Positions 9,548-19,689 are shown, counted from the stretch's first letter. The stretch: DNA of 64,000 nt from an uncultured delta proteobacterium (GCA_963728565.1 CAVSLC010000003.1:32001-96000); one strand, 5' to 3'. Notes: a model not told the origin generated them from the sequence alone. Numbers and translations: made by a program.

Positions 9548-11482
9548 TTACGCAAGCGCCTTTTTTCGATCGCGGCCCATCCAAAATGAAGTCGCGATGA
9601 AGGCGCAGAGGAAAAAAGCCTGCACCGCCAAGGTCTCCACCGTTGGATAAATTCCCAAGGGCGGCACCGCCGGTGGAAATTCCAGCGGCGTTGCGGGCAG
9701 CCAGCCCGCTGCCTGCAGCTGGTTGATTCCGGTGCCGGCAAAGATGAAAGCCATGATGTAAAGCAAAGTGCCCGTAATGACGAAGAAGTATTTAAGCGGG
9801 ATGCGCAGTCCGAGTTTGAAGATTGCGAAGGTGGCCACCAGCAACGCAACAACACCAGCGAGAAAGCCACCTATGATCGCTTGATGGCTCTCGGCGTTCT
9901 GCAGCCACAACGCCTGATAGAACAGCACTACTTCGAAGGCTTCCCTGTACACGGCGAAAAAGGAAATGCCCACAAGGCCAAGGATGCGTTTGCTCGATAG
10001 CACGTTTTGAACTCTGTTCTGGATGAAGACCTGCCAGCGCTTGGCTTCGCTGCGCGTGTGCAGCCAGTAGCCGACATAGAAAAGACCCGCCGCGGCGAAG
10101 ATCGAGATGAATCCCTCCATGGTTTCCCGATGCTGCCCCCTGAACGTGAGCACCGTCTGGGCGCCGAGCCAGGTGGCGACCCCGGCGACAAGTGCGAGGA
10201 TCCAGCCGAGATGAATATAGCGAACGGTGTGCGCCGCACCCATGACTCTGAGCATGGCGATGATGGCGGCAAGGATCAGTGCCGCCTCGAGACCCTCGCG
10301 CAAAATGATCAGCGCCGAATTGAGAAAAGCATAGTAGCCCGCAAAGTCGCTGGTCTCCTCCAGCTTCTGCGCAGCTTGGTCAAGCCCGGTCTCGATCGCC
10401 AGGCGCTGCTTCTGAATCTCCTGGTTGGAAACTCCCTGGCGGATCGAATTGCGCAATTGCGTGAATCGGCCTTCGAGAGACCGTCCCAGCGAAGCGTCTT
10501 TGGCGAAGAGCGCCGGCTCGGCCATTTCGAATCCATCAAGGTAGGCCTCGATAGCCTTCTGATAGGCTTTCTCCTTGTCGCCCTGACTGTAGATGGTTGC
10601 GGCTTCGCCGACCAAGGTACGGGCGATCAGGAGCGGATCGGTGGATGTCTTCTCCAAGAGGCCGCGCCTGAGATAGGCGAGCATTTCGTTCCCTGGCGCG
10701 CCGGGAAGACTCCTTTTAATTTTTTCGGTAATTTCGTCGTCGGACGAAGTCGCCAAAGTCGCTATGCTGGTGAGATCGGCCGGCGGGGTCTTGCCTTTCA
10801 GCCATGCCTCTCCGCTACTGGCCGCATCGGCGGAAAACCGCAGCGCCATCACGTAGAAGGCCACTTGCCAGCGCCGGTCGTCCGGCAGCGTCGCGAAAGA
10901 CGCCATCGCTGTATTGTCTATGCCGAAAGTGGTGGTGTTATAAATTTTAAATGGCGAGAGTCCCGCCATAAAGTCTGAATCGGTGAAGTTGGCGGGCGCC
11001 GGTGTTTTGGGATTCATCGATTCTCGTCCGGGCCCATCGCCTTTGCCGCTCTCGCCGTGACACTGAGCGCAATTCTCCAGGTAAATTCTCCTGGCGCTTG
11101 GGTAATTGGGTAGTGCTTTCGGATAAGTGACAATGTTGTACGTTTTGACAAGGCGATCTTTAATTTGCTGCGCCAGCTCAGGAACGGCGTCGTCGCCGGA
11201 TTTGCTTTTGACATGGGCAGCCAGTGCGTTGAGTTCTTTGTGGATACCCGCCTGGTCGCCTTCGGCGGACTGGAGCTGGCGGAAAAGGTCCAGGCTGCGC
11301 GCCGCGAACTCGCTCATTTCCTGGTACTCGTCAGGGTTTACGATTTTCCCGCCTTGCACCGCGTTTCGATAATCGCCGCCGATATAGTCGATCAGTGACA
11401 AGAGTCGCTTCGCTTGGTCATCAGCCCAGCAAGATGTAACGGTAGCGAGAAGCAGGAGAATAGCGCCAATCGAAGCGCGCAT
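9548..11482 (-). CDS. Cytochrome c / FTR1-family high-affinity iron permease
   Basis: Signal peptide, CAQCH heme motif, two RExxE motifs (REGLE, REAFE) in the C-terminal membrane domain. Confidence 0.92.
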   Translation of the reverse strand: MRASIGAILLLLATVTSCWADDQAKRLLSLIDYIGGDYRNAVQGGKIVNPDEYQEMSEFAARSLDLFRQLQSAEGDQAGIHKELNALAAHVKSKSGDDAVPELAQQIKDRLVKTYNIVTYPKALPNYPSARRIYLENCAQCHGESGKGDGPGRESMNPKTPAPANFTDSDFMAGLSPFKIYNTTTFGIDNTAMASFATLPDDRRWQVAFYVMALRFSADAASSGEAWLKGKTPPADLTSIATLATSSDDEITEKIKRSLPGAPGNEMLAYLRRGLLEKTSTDPLLIARTLVGEAATIYSQGDKEKAYQKAIEAYLDGFEMAEPALFAKDASLGRSLEGRFTQLRNSIRQGVSNQEIQKQRLAIETGLDQAAQKLEETSDFAGYYAFLNSALIILREGLEAALILAAIIAMLRVMGAAHTVRYIHLGWILALVAGVATWLGAQTVLTFRGQHRETMEGFISIFAAAGLFYVGYWLHTRSEAKRWQVFIQNRVQNVLSSKRILGLVGISFFAVYREAFEVVLFYQALWLQNAESHQAIIGGFLAGVVALLVATFAIFKLGLRIPLKYFFVITGTLLYIMAFIFAGTGINQLQAAGWLPATPLEFPPAVPPLGIYPTVETLAVQAFFLCAFIATSFWMGRDRKKALA

Positions 11483-11546
11483 GATATTACCTTGGAATAC
11501 ATTAACGTGTAGCATCGCAACCGAGATCCTCGTGCCTGCAGTAGTT

Positions 11547-13238
11547 TCAAACATGGCCGGGCCCTTCGCGCCGCATCAGGCCCGAGCGCGTGATCTGCCG
11601 CGAGAGCAAGATAAGCGGCACAAGAGCGATACCGACAATCAACAATGACGGAACCGCTGCTTCGGCAATGCGCTCATCTTTCGCCAAGTTGTAGGCCTCC
11701 ACTGCGAGTGTGTCGAAGTTGAAAGGACGCATGGCGAAGGTTGCGGGGAGTTCCTTCATAACGTCGACAAAAACCAGGAGCCCCGCGGTCAACAGGCTTC
11801 CCCACATGATTGGGAGATGCACCCGCAGCAGCGTGCGCGCCGGCGAAAGACCGAGGCTGCGCGCAGCATCGTCCATAGAAGACGTTACTCGAGTGAGCCC
11901 GGCCTCCACCGTTTGAAATGCCACCGCAAGAAAACGCACTAGGTAGGCATAAATGAGAGCTGTGATCGAGCCGGTGAGTAACAGCCCGGTCTTGACGCCG
12001 AACTGCGCATAGGTCCAGTCAGCGATGGCGTTGTCTAACTTTCCCAGGGGCAGGAGAATGCCCACTGCGATCACCGCGCCGGGCAAGGCGTAGCCCAGGA
12101 CCGCCGCCTGGTTTGCCCCATGGACGAGCGGGCTCCTGACCACCCTTCCGGCGTATGCAAGCAACACGGCGACCACCAGCGCCGCAATCGCTGCGACCCC
12201 GGAAAGTGTAAAGGTATTTGCCACCAGCGAATAAACCCGAGCATCGAACTGCGCTTCTGGTTCATTGATCGCAAGCCTAAGCAGCACGCCAGCTGGCACT
12301 AAAAACCCAAGTGTGACGGGAGCCGCGCAGAATCCGAATGCGCTAGCGGCTCGCCAGCCGCGCAGTTGCTGTGGCGGCATCGGTATGCGCTTTCCCGCAT
12401 AGCGCGCGCCGCCGCGGTGCGTCCGTTCCAAAGTTAGCATCGCCAACACAAACACCAGAAGACAACTCGCCAACTGCCCGGCCGCGACCGGATCGCCCAA
12501 TGAGAGCCAGGCGCGGTAGATTCCCGTGGTGAACGTGTTCACCGCAAAGTAAGAGACGGTGCCAAAATCAGCGAGGGTTTCCATCAGCGCCAGCGCAGTG
12601 CCGGCGACAATGCCCGTGCGCGCCAATGGCAGCGCTACGTGCCAGAATCTGCCCCAGGCGCCGTAGCCGGCGAGTCGGGCAGCCTCAAGTGTAGTCCGTG
12701 ATTGATCAAGAAAGGCGCTGCGCGCAAGCAAGTAGACGTAAGGGTACAGGGCGAAAGAGAGCATGGCTGCGGCGCCGGGAAGCGAGCGGATCTCGGGGAA
12801 CCAGTACTCCCGTACTTGCCAGCCGGTTATTTCTCGGATCGCGGTCTGCACCGGGCCGGCAACCTGTAACCAATCGGTGTAGGCATACGCCATGACGTAG
12901 GCGGGCATGGCCAGGGGTAAAACAAGCGCCCACTCGAGGAGACGCTGGCCAGGGAAAGAATAGGCGGTCACGAGCCAAGCGGAAATAACACCGAAAAAGA
13001 CCACGCCAATACCCACAAACACCGCCAGTAGAAGGGTGTTGAAAATGTATTCCGGGAGAACCGTCGAGACGAGATGGGACCAGGTGGTCGCACTCGGTAG
13101 GTAGACGTTCCGAATCACCGCCACGATCGGCGCGCACACCGATGCGGCGACGATAATGGATACCGAACCAAGCCAGCCGAGCCGACCGGCAGGAGATCTA
13201 ACGTAAAGCCGGGATCGCAGTGCGGCGAGGCCGGTCAT
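11547..13238 (-). CDS. fbpB: Fe3+ ABC transporter permease FbpB/FutB
   Basis: PLAMPAYVMAYAY, ETLADFG, KELPAT; two EAA-like loops. Confidence 0.93.
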   Translation of the reverse strand: MTGLAALRSRLYVRSPAGRLGWLGSVSIIVAASVCAPIVAVIRNVYLPSATTWSHLVSTVLPEYIFNTLLLAVFVGIGVVFFGVISAWLVTAYSFPGQRLLEWALVLPLAMPAYVMAYAYTDWLQVAGPVQTAIREITGWQVREYWFPEIRSLPGAAAMLSFALYPYVYLLARSAFLDQSRTTLEAARLAGYGAWGRFWHVALPLARTGIVAGTALALMETLADFGTVSYFAVNTFTTGIYRAWLSLGDPVAAGQLASCLLVFVLAMLTLERTHRGGARYAGKRIPMPPQQLRGWRAASAFGFCAAPVTLGFLVPAGVLLRLAINEPEAQFDARVYSLVANTFTLSGVAAIAALVVAVLLAYAGRVVRSPLVHGANQAAVLGYALPGAVIAVGILLPLGKLDNAIADWTYAQFGVKTGLLLTGSITALIYAYLVRFLAVAFQTVEAGLTRVTSSMDDAARSLGLSPARTLLRVHLPIMWGSLLTAGLLVFVDVMKELPATFAMRPFNFDTLAVEAYNLAKDERIAEAAVPSLLIVGIALVPLILLSRQITRSGLMRREGPGHV

Positions 13239-13283
13239 TACTCGACTAGCTGCACGCGCGTGGTAGGCGCGCTAACCCTGAAG

Positions 13284-14339
13284 TCATTTCCAGCCCACCT
13301 TGTCGGCAATGCGCTGTGCGGTTGCTTGGATTTTGCCAAGGTCCGCCAGTGGAAGTGTGTCTGTTTTGAACTTGCCGAAGGACTCGAGCTCCGGGTTTGC
13401 CAGCTTCACGCCCGGAACGGTCGGCCATTCATTGTTGCCCTTGGCAAATAATGTCTGCGCCGCATCGCTCGCCAGGTATTCAAGAAACTTAACACCGGCG
13501 TCGCGGTGCGGCGCGTGTCGCAAAAGTCCGCCGCCGGAAATGTTGACATGGGTACCGCGCCCATCTTGGTTGGGCCATACAAGCTTAACTTTTTCTACGA
13601 GAGCACGGTCTGCAGGTTTTTCCGAGCGCATCAATCGCACGTAGTAATAATGATTCGAGAGAGCGATCGAGCATTCACCGGCTCCAACCGCCTGTAATTG
13701 GTCGGTGTCGCCGCCCCTAGGCGGGCGCGCAAGATTGTTGGCGACTCCGCGAGCCCATTCAGTCGCTTTCTCCTCCCCAAGATGCAGTATCATGCTTGAA
13801 ATCAGAGACAAATTGTACGGATGGCTGCTTGGACGAGTGCAGATTTCCCCTTTCCATTTCGAGTCGGCCAGGTCTTCATAGCGCTCAACTTGAGCTGGTT
13901 TGATTTTCTTTTGGTCATAGGCGATCACGCGAGCGCGCGCCGAAAAGCCGAACCACTTGTTGTCAGCATCGCGATAATGGGCCGGGATTCGTTTGTTGAG
14001 CGGCTCCGATTTGAGGGACTCGAAAATTCCTGCCTGTTCGGCACGCCACAAGCGGGCCACATCCACTGTTAAAAATACGTCGGCTGGACTGTTTACACCT
14101 TCGCTCTTGATGCGCTCGAAAAGCGCATCCTCGCCGCCTTCGATACGATTGATCTTGATGCCCGTGGCTTTTGTATAACCGGTATAAAAAGATTCATCGG
14201 TGGCGTAGTGGCGCGCGGTATAGAGGTTGAGCACCTTCTCCTGAGCTAGCGTCTCGCCGATCCATGGAGCCAGCACAAATGCGGCGAGCAAGGCAATCGG
14301 GGTGAAAATTTTTCTCGTTCTGTATGTGCGATTGAGCAT
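13284..14339 (-). CDS. fbpA: Fe3+ ABC transporter periplasmic binding protein FbpA/FutA
   Basis: LYTARHY, SPADVFLTVD, GGDTDQL, NHYYY, HVNISG. Confidence 0.93.
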   Translation of the reverse strand: MLNRTYRTRKIFTPIALLAAFVLAPWIGETLAQEKVLNLYTARHYATDESFYTGYTKATGIKINRIEGGEDALFERIKSEGVNSPADVFLTVDVARLWRAEQAGIFESLKSEPLNKRIPAHYRDADNKWFGFSARARVIAYDQKKIKPAQVERYEDLADSKWKGEICTRPSSHPYNLSLISSMILHLGEEKATEWARGVANNLARPPRGGDTDQLQAVGAGECSIALSNHYYYVRLMRSEKPADRALVEKVKLVWPNQDGRGTHVNISGGGLLRHAPHRDAGVKFLEYLASDAAQTLFAKGNNEWPTVPGVKLANPELESFGKFKTDTLPLADLGKIQATAQRIADKVGWK

Positions 14340-14409
14340 GTGTTCTACTCCTCTTTCGAAGTCGCATGGTCTTCCTGCAAGCATTATTTGTACTGCCAAA
14401 TTATTTATT

Positions 14410-14442
14410 TTCGACTATGCGAATAATCGAAGTTTGTCAATA
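14410..14442 (-). promoter_or_regulatory. Promoter of fbpA with TTCG-N6-CGAA operator
   Basis: TTCGactatgCGAA (14410-14423) followed 23 bp later by TTTGTCAATA (TTGACA on minus strand), the same spacing as at 9243/9266. Confidence 0.7.
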
Positions 14443-14533
14443 CCCACAAGTTGCAGGGCGTATTTGTTGAAGATTTCCGTCGCCTGCATGCGTACGATTA
14501 ACGAGTAGTCCGGCGGGGTCGCTAAGGTTGGCT

Positions 14534-15613
14534 TCAGCCAGCCGTAGGGGGATGGTCAAGGAGACTCTGGCTGGAACCAGACTCGGGAAAGACGACCACA
14601 TTGGGCAGATGCAGTTCCACCGCGACCTGATGCCCGAGCGGCCAATGCGCCGGCTGTCGCTGTTCCAAATGAATCGTTGCTCCGGAAGGAAGACGTAGTC
14701 GATAAAGTATCTCGCCGCCGAGGAATTCACGTTCTTCGACCGTGGCAAGCACACCGGCTGGTTTAGCAGTGACGGCTTCATGACGGATCATGAGCATGGC
14801 GGGCCCCGAAGGGATTTCTGCAGAACAGGGAAAAATACCTAGCTCGGTATGAATCATCGACCCGAGCACCCGGCCGGGGATAAAATCCGCCTGGCCGACG
14901 AAATTAGCCACAAAGGGTGTCGTCGGCGAATAGTAGATGTCCTCGGGCGTGCCGACCTGCTGAAGCTCACCATTCCGAATGACCGCAACTTGATCGGCCA
15001 TCCCCAATGCTTCTTCCTGATCATGCGTGACCAGGATTGCAGCCGTACCCAAGTGCCGAAGAATTCTGGCTACCTCTCGGCGCATCTGGGGGCGTAGATC
15101 AGGATCGAGCCCGTTAAAAGGCTCATCGAGCAGAACCACTCCAGGCCGGGGCGCGAGTGCGCGCGCGAGCGCAACACGCTGCTGTTGACCGCCCGATAAC
15201 TGGTGAGTATAGCGCTCGGCGCAGGGCGTCAATTCAGTCAATTTGAGGAGCTCTTCCACGCGCCGGCGACGCTCTGCTCGGTCCGAGTTGCGCAAACCAA
15301 AGCGGACGTTCTGTGCGACCGTTAGGTGAGGGAACAGAGCATAATCTTGAAAGACCATCCCCACGCCTCGATCCTCGGCCGGAACCCAAACCGATCTGTC
15401 CACATCGACGACCGTGCGGCCATTGATGACGATCCGCCCTTGATCGGGTTTTTCAAATCCAGCGATCAGCCGAAGCAGGGTGGTCTTTCCTGAACCCGAC
15501 GGGCCCAACAGGGCCAAAATGTTGCCGGACGCAACCTGCAAGTCACAGCTTTTAACCGCCGCTGTTTTTTTGTAGCGTTTGCTGATGCCTTCAACTTCGA
15601 TAATGGCCATCAA
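14534..15613 (-). CDS. fbpC: Fe3+ ABC transporter ATPase FbpC/FutC
   Basis: GPSGSGKT, LSGGQQQRVALARAL, LLDEP, C-terminal TOBE-like domain. Confidence 0.9.
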   Translation of the reverse strand: MMAIIEVEGISKRYKKTAAVKSCDLQVASGNILALLGPSGSGKTTLLRLIAGFEKPDQGRIVINGRTVVDVDRSVWVPAEDRGVGMVFQDYALFPHLTVAQNVRFGLRNSDRAERRRRVEELLKLTELTPCAERYTHQLSGGQQQRVALARALAPRPGVVLLDEPFNGLDPDLRPQMRREVARILRHLGTAAILVTHDQEEALGMADQVAVIRNGELQQVGTPEDIYYSPTTPFVANFVGQADFIPGRVLGSMIHTELGIFPCSAEIPSGPAMLMIRHEAVTAKPAGVLATVEEREFLGGEILYRLRLPSGATIHLEQRQPAHWPLGHQVAVELHLPNVVVFPESGSSQSLLDHPPTAG

Positions 15614-15856
15614 GTTTTCCCGTGAATAACCCCAGACTTAATAACCCAAACTGTTAAACAGGTCTAGCACAGCGCGTGAAATGACCCGGAGCGCAATCCG
15701 GTGCCATGACCGTCGTTGCCGTCACCTTGAACTTCACTGACTCCTGAAATAGGATGTTGCTTGCGTGCAAAATCTACACAGCATTCTCGGCTGTAACTTC
15801 GAGATAACCGGGGCACGTACCGGTGGTCCCATTCCTGAAAAATCATAACAGTCATA

Positions 15857-16522
15857 ATGGAAGCTCGTCACGTAACCCATGCGCTCGAAGACTACTTGAA
15901 AGCGATCTACCAACTTTCAGAGGAGAATCGACCGGTGATCGCCGCCAGACTGGCGGCTGAAACCGGCGTGTCTCCGTCGACGATCTTTGCCACCCTGCGT
16001 CGTCTGGCGAAGGAAGGCTACATCAAGATCAATCGCCGCAAGGAAATTCACCTCACGGAAGACGGCAATCAGGTAGCGGAAAACATTGTACGTCGGCACT
16101 TTCTGACGGAGCGATTCCTCACCGACGTGCTCGGTCTGGACTGGGTCAAAGCGCATCAGGAGGCGCACCGTCTAGAGCATGCGATTTCGCAAGAAGTCGA
16201 GGAGCGGCTGGCGAAGCTACTCAGACACCCGACGACGTGCCCGCATGGCAACCCGATCCCAGGAGCAAGCTCGACTCCCGGACCGAAGACAATGCCGCTT
16301 AGCGAAGCAGTCGATGGACAGGACGTTGAACTCGATTATATTACGGAAGGTGGAGAACGCGACGTGCGCTTGCTCGGTTACCTACAAACGCATGGGTTAC
16401 GACCGGGTGCGAAAGTCCACGTGGTCGATGTCGCGCCGTCTCTCGGCATGATGACTCTGACGGTCAATGGCGGCGAGTTTTCGCTCGGCATTGAGGCCGC
16501 GAAAAAAATCCGCGTCCACTGA
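15857..16522 (+). CDS. DtxR/IdeR/MntR-family metal-dependent repressor with FeoA/SH3 domain
   Basis: EDYLKAIY, RRHFLTERFL, EAHRLEHAIS, CPHGNPIPG, C-terminal FeoA-like domain. Confidence 0.93.
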   Translation: MEARHVTHALEDYLKAIYQLSEENRPVIAARLAAETGVSPSTIFATLRRLAKEGYIKINRRKEIHLTEDGNQVAENIVRRHFLTERFLTDVLGLDWVKAHQEAHRLEHAISQEVEERLAKLLRHPTTCPHGNPIPGASSTPGPKTMPLSEAVDGQDVELDYITEGGERDVRLLGYLQTHGLRPGAKVHVVDVAPSLGMMTLTVNGGEFSLGIEAAKKIRVH

Positions 16523-16638
16523 TAGGGATCGAGTTTAGTGCCAGCCCTAACCTTCAACGGCAGAAGAGCCGGATTGAAGCGAACAGCGTCATTAAGGGCG
16601 ATGAGCCTGAAGTGACTTACAACTCTCTCCGGGTTGGA

Positions 16639-16887
16639 TTATGTTCGACAGGATGGTTGACGTTCCTCTTCAGCGAGCAGCGCTGACAAAAAATCGATTT
16701 GCTCGCTAAGCGGCGCGTCTCTGTCGATCAATATTAGTTCTTGGCCATTGATACGGCAACGGCCGCTGCGCGGCTTGTATCCTACTTCCCGCAATAATTT
16801 TTCGGTGCGCACCTCGATGTTCATCTGTTTGGCGGCGCCGATTAATTCCTGCAGACGCAATTGCTGCTTGTGTTTGAGCTGTGCCAT
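16639..16887 (-). CDS. Conserved-looking hypothetical protein
   Basis: IEVRTEKLLREVGYKPRSGRCRINGQELILIDR; protein-like composition; start uncertain (16887 or 16950). Confidence 0.65.
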   Translation of the reverse strand: MAQLKHKQQLRLQELIGAAKQMNIEVRTEKLLREVGYKPRSGRCRINGQELILIDRDAPLSEQIDFLSALLAEEERQPSCRT

Positions 16888-17077
16888 AGCTGCGTTAAAC
16901 TCTCGATTATTATCCGCTAAACCCGCTGATTTGTAAAACGATTGAGCCATTTCCTGCTTGCAAAAACCGCGCAGGTTGTTATCGTAGCCCGCGGTTAATC
17001 CGGAGAACGCCGCTCATAACCAAAGCCATTGTGCTGATATACATCAGGCTCGCCGCTCACGGCTTCAGGAGGGAAAC

Positions 17078-17914
17078 GTGATTAAGAATATTCTGCTTCC
17101 CCTCGATGGTTCGGAACACTCGAATGCAGCTTTTGATTACGCTCTGTGGATGACGGAAAAATTCGATGGAACGCTCTTCGGTCAACACGTCATCGATACC
17201 ATTTCGATTGAAGGAACTTTTTTTCACGACATTTCCGGATCCATGGGGTTCGAGCCGTACCTGGACTTCTCCACGAAGATGCGCGAAGCCCTGGAGGAGC
17301 GCGGCAAGCTGATACTCGAAGAATTCGCCGAACGTTGCCGGAAGAGCGGCATCAAACATCAAACTGTTTTGGACATGGGCCTAATCGCCAACGAGATCTG
17401 CGAGCGCTCTAAGATCGCTGATCTGGTCGTCATTGGTCATCGCGGGATCAATGAGGATTTTACCACCGGGCTTTTGGGCACGACCGCCGAAAGCATCACG
17501 CGCAAATGCCCGCGCCCAGTGTTTGTTTCGACAAAAAAGTTCAAGCCCGTCGAGAGACCACTGCTAGCGTATGACGGCAGCCAGCGCGCATGCGCGGCAA
17601 TGGAATCTGCGGCGGAGTTCTGTACTGTATTGAATCTACCCCTAAGTGTCTTGACTATCGCCAAAGAAGATCAGCTGGCGGAAGGAACCTTGCATCAGGC
17701 CAAATCGTACTTAAACTCGTATGCGATTGATGTTCATTATGAAAAAGCGCGCGGCTATCCGGAACAGAAGATCATCGATCATCTGGTTAATTTCAATCAT
17801 GATCTCCTATTCATCGGTGCTTACGGACACCGGCGCATAATCGAAATGGTTCTTGGCAGCACGACGGAGTTCGTACTGAGAAACAGTTCATGCCCGGTTT
17901 TTCTTACACGCTGA
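17078..17914 (+). CDS. Universal stress protein (tandem USP domains)
   Basis: ILLPLDGS...DLVVIGHRG...LLGTT and LLAYDGS...IGAYGH...LGSTT. Confidence 0.93.
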   Translation: MIKNILLPLDGSEHSNAAFDYALWMTEKFDGTLFGQHVIDTISIEGTFFHDISGSMGFEPYLDFSTKMREALEERGKLILEEFAERCRKSGIKHQTVLDMGLIANEICERSKIADLVVIGHRGINEDFTTGLLGTTAESITRKCPRPVFVSTKKFKPVERPLLAYDGSQRACAAMESAAEFCTVLNLPLSVLTIAKEDQLAEGTLHQAKSYLNSYAIDVHYEKARGYPEQKIIDHLVNFNHDLLFIGAYGHRRIIEMVLGSTTEFVLRNSSCPVFLTR

Positions 17915-17948
17915 CAATTGGGTCAGAATATCTTTTCAAGGAAACTCA

Positions 17949-18755
17949 ATGAAATTCACCGCGGCTGCAATTCAGATGCTTGCCTCGGATGACAAAGCGG
18001 CGAATCTGGCGGAAGCGGCACGATGGATTCGTCAATCCGCCGCCGCCGGCGCCAAACTGGTTGCCCTGCCGGAAGTTTTCATTTGGCGCGGCGACAAAAG
18101 ACGCGAAGGCGCAGCCGCTGAGCCCATACCCGGACCTACCTCCACCGCAATGGCTGTACTTGCCCGAGAGCTTGGTGTCTATCTGCTGGCGGGATCCATC
18201 TTGGAAGAAATTCCCGGAAGCGCAAAAGCTTTCAACACCAGCCTGTTGTTCGATCCTTCCGGTGAACTAATCGCGAGTTACCGTAAAATTCACCTGTTCG
18301 ATGTCGATCTAGCGAACAAAGTTTCCGCGCGGGAGTCCGATACCCGAGCGCCCGGCGAGGCGGTAGTCATTGCCGAGACGGAGCTCTGCAAGATAGGGCT
18401 GAGCGTCTGTTACGATCTTCGATTCGCCGAGCTCTATCGCGAGCTTGCGCGCCGCCAGGCTGATCTGATCTTTGTTCCGTCGGCGTTTACTGCCTACACC
18501 GGAAGAGCGCACTGGGAACCGCTGCTGCGCGCGCGCGCCATCGAGAACCAAGTTTACGTCATAGCGCCGAATCAGTTCGGGAAGAATCCTCAGAGCTTCG
18601 AGACTTACGGTCATTCGATGATCGTTGATCCGTGGGGTGAGATTGTCGCCGTACTAGCTGATGGTCCGGGTTTCGTCATCGGCGAGATCGATCTCGATTA
18701 TCTCAATCGAGTGCGCCGCGAGCTGCCCTGTCTTGCACACCGGCGGCTGAGTTAG
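17949..18755 (+). CDS. Carbon-nitrogen hydrolase (Nit1/deaminated glutathione amidase-like)
   Basis: LPE, YRKIHLFDV, CYDLRF triad; LRARAIENQ. Confidence 0.93.
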   Translation: MKFTAAAIQMLASDDKAANLAEAARWIRQSAAAGAKLVALPEVFIWRGDKRREGAAAEPIPGPTSTAMAVLARELGVYLLAGSILEEIPGSAKAFNTSLLFDPSGELIASYRKIHLFDVDLANKVSARESDTRAPGEAVVIAETELCKIGLSVCYDLRFAELYRELARRQADLIFVPSAFTAYTGRAHWEPLLRARAIENQVYVIAPNQFGKNPQSFETYGHSMIVDPWGEIVAVLADGPGFVIGEIDLDYLNRVRRELPCLAHRRLS

Positions 18756-19023
18756 CGCTTTTTTCCCTTCTGCTAGAGTATTGATCAACCGCGAGGATCT
18801 CACTTGGAGTGGTGATCCATCGCCTTGGATTGCTTTTGCAATAAATTCACGACGTAAAAAGACCGAGAACAAGAAAGTGAAAGCTCTTTGCGCGGGACGG
18901 AGCCCGCGATCAGCTCACGACCAGAGAAGACGCCGAGTACCGTCGCCGAGGCTACAGAACTGATCGACTAACTGTTCACGCTGTCAGGCGAAGCCTGGCT
19001 CGCTATACGAATTGCCTGCATCT

Positions 19024-19689
19024 CTATTCGTGGCCGGTCATGCTATGAGGACTATCGACGGGTTTAGATTCAGGTGATCCCTTCTGGCGCAGAAAGATGC
19101 TCAGCAGCACCAGGACGCCAATCGAAAAAAACTCGCTTTGCCAATTTTGCAAGGATTCGAACCAAAACTGCGCGGTTCCCAAGTACTGCACGACCGTAAC
19201 CGCCTGTTCGCCGTGGGCTATTTGCTGCTGGCTATACTCTTTGGTACCGCCAAGCGCGTGCAACACGAATGTTACGACAAAGAGCAGAAACAACGCGATC
19301 GAGAGAGAGTTCTCATAAAGCTTGAGGACGAAGCCGCCTTTGCGCACTGGCCACGGCGCGTTTTTATTCCCCCTGGATTGACGCGGGTCTCGATCCACAG
19401 CCTCTTGCTTCTGAGGATCTTTGGATTCCGCAGATCCTTTCTGAAAAAGAAACGCTGTTAACAGAACATAAGCGAACATCTGCAGAAATTCGCTTTCCCA
19501 GTTCTCCATTGTGGCTTCAAGAAATGCCGGACCGCGCACATACTCGAAGTAGCTGACCGCCGGTTGGCCATGACCCGCTTGCTCATGGTTGTACTGCCGC
19601 TGACCCACCAGACTCAACCCCACCTGGAACACGAGAAACAAACCGAGCAACGTTATTGAAAGGCCATACTCGCGCAGTTTGTGTTTCAC
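19024..19689 (-). CDS. DUF6766-like membrane protein with internal duplication
   Basis: Repeated ENWESEF...QKGSAESK and QNWQSEF...QKGSPESK; GGAGG-GTG start. Confidence 0.85.
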   Translation of the reverse strand: MKHKLREYGLSITLLGLFLVFQVGLSLVGQRQYNHEQAGHGQPAVSYFEYVRGPAFLEATMENWESEFLQMFAYVLLTAFLFQKGSAESKDPQKQEAVDRDPRQSRGNKNAPWPVRKGGFVLKLYENSLSIALFLLFVVTFVLHALGGTKEYSQQQIAHGEQAVTVVQYLGTAQFWFESLQNWQSEFFSIGVLVLLSIFLRQKGSPESKPVDSPHSMTGHE

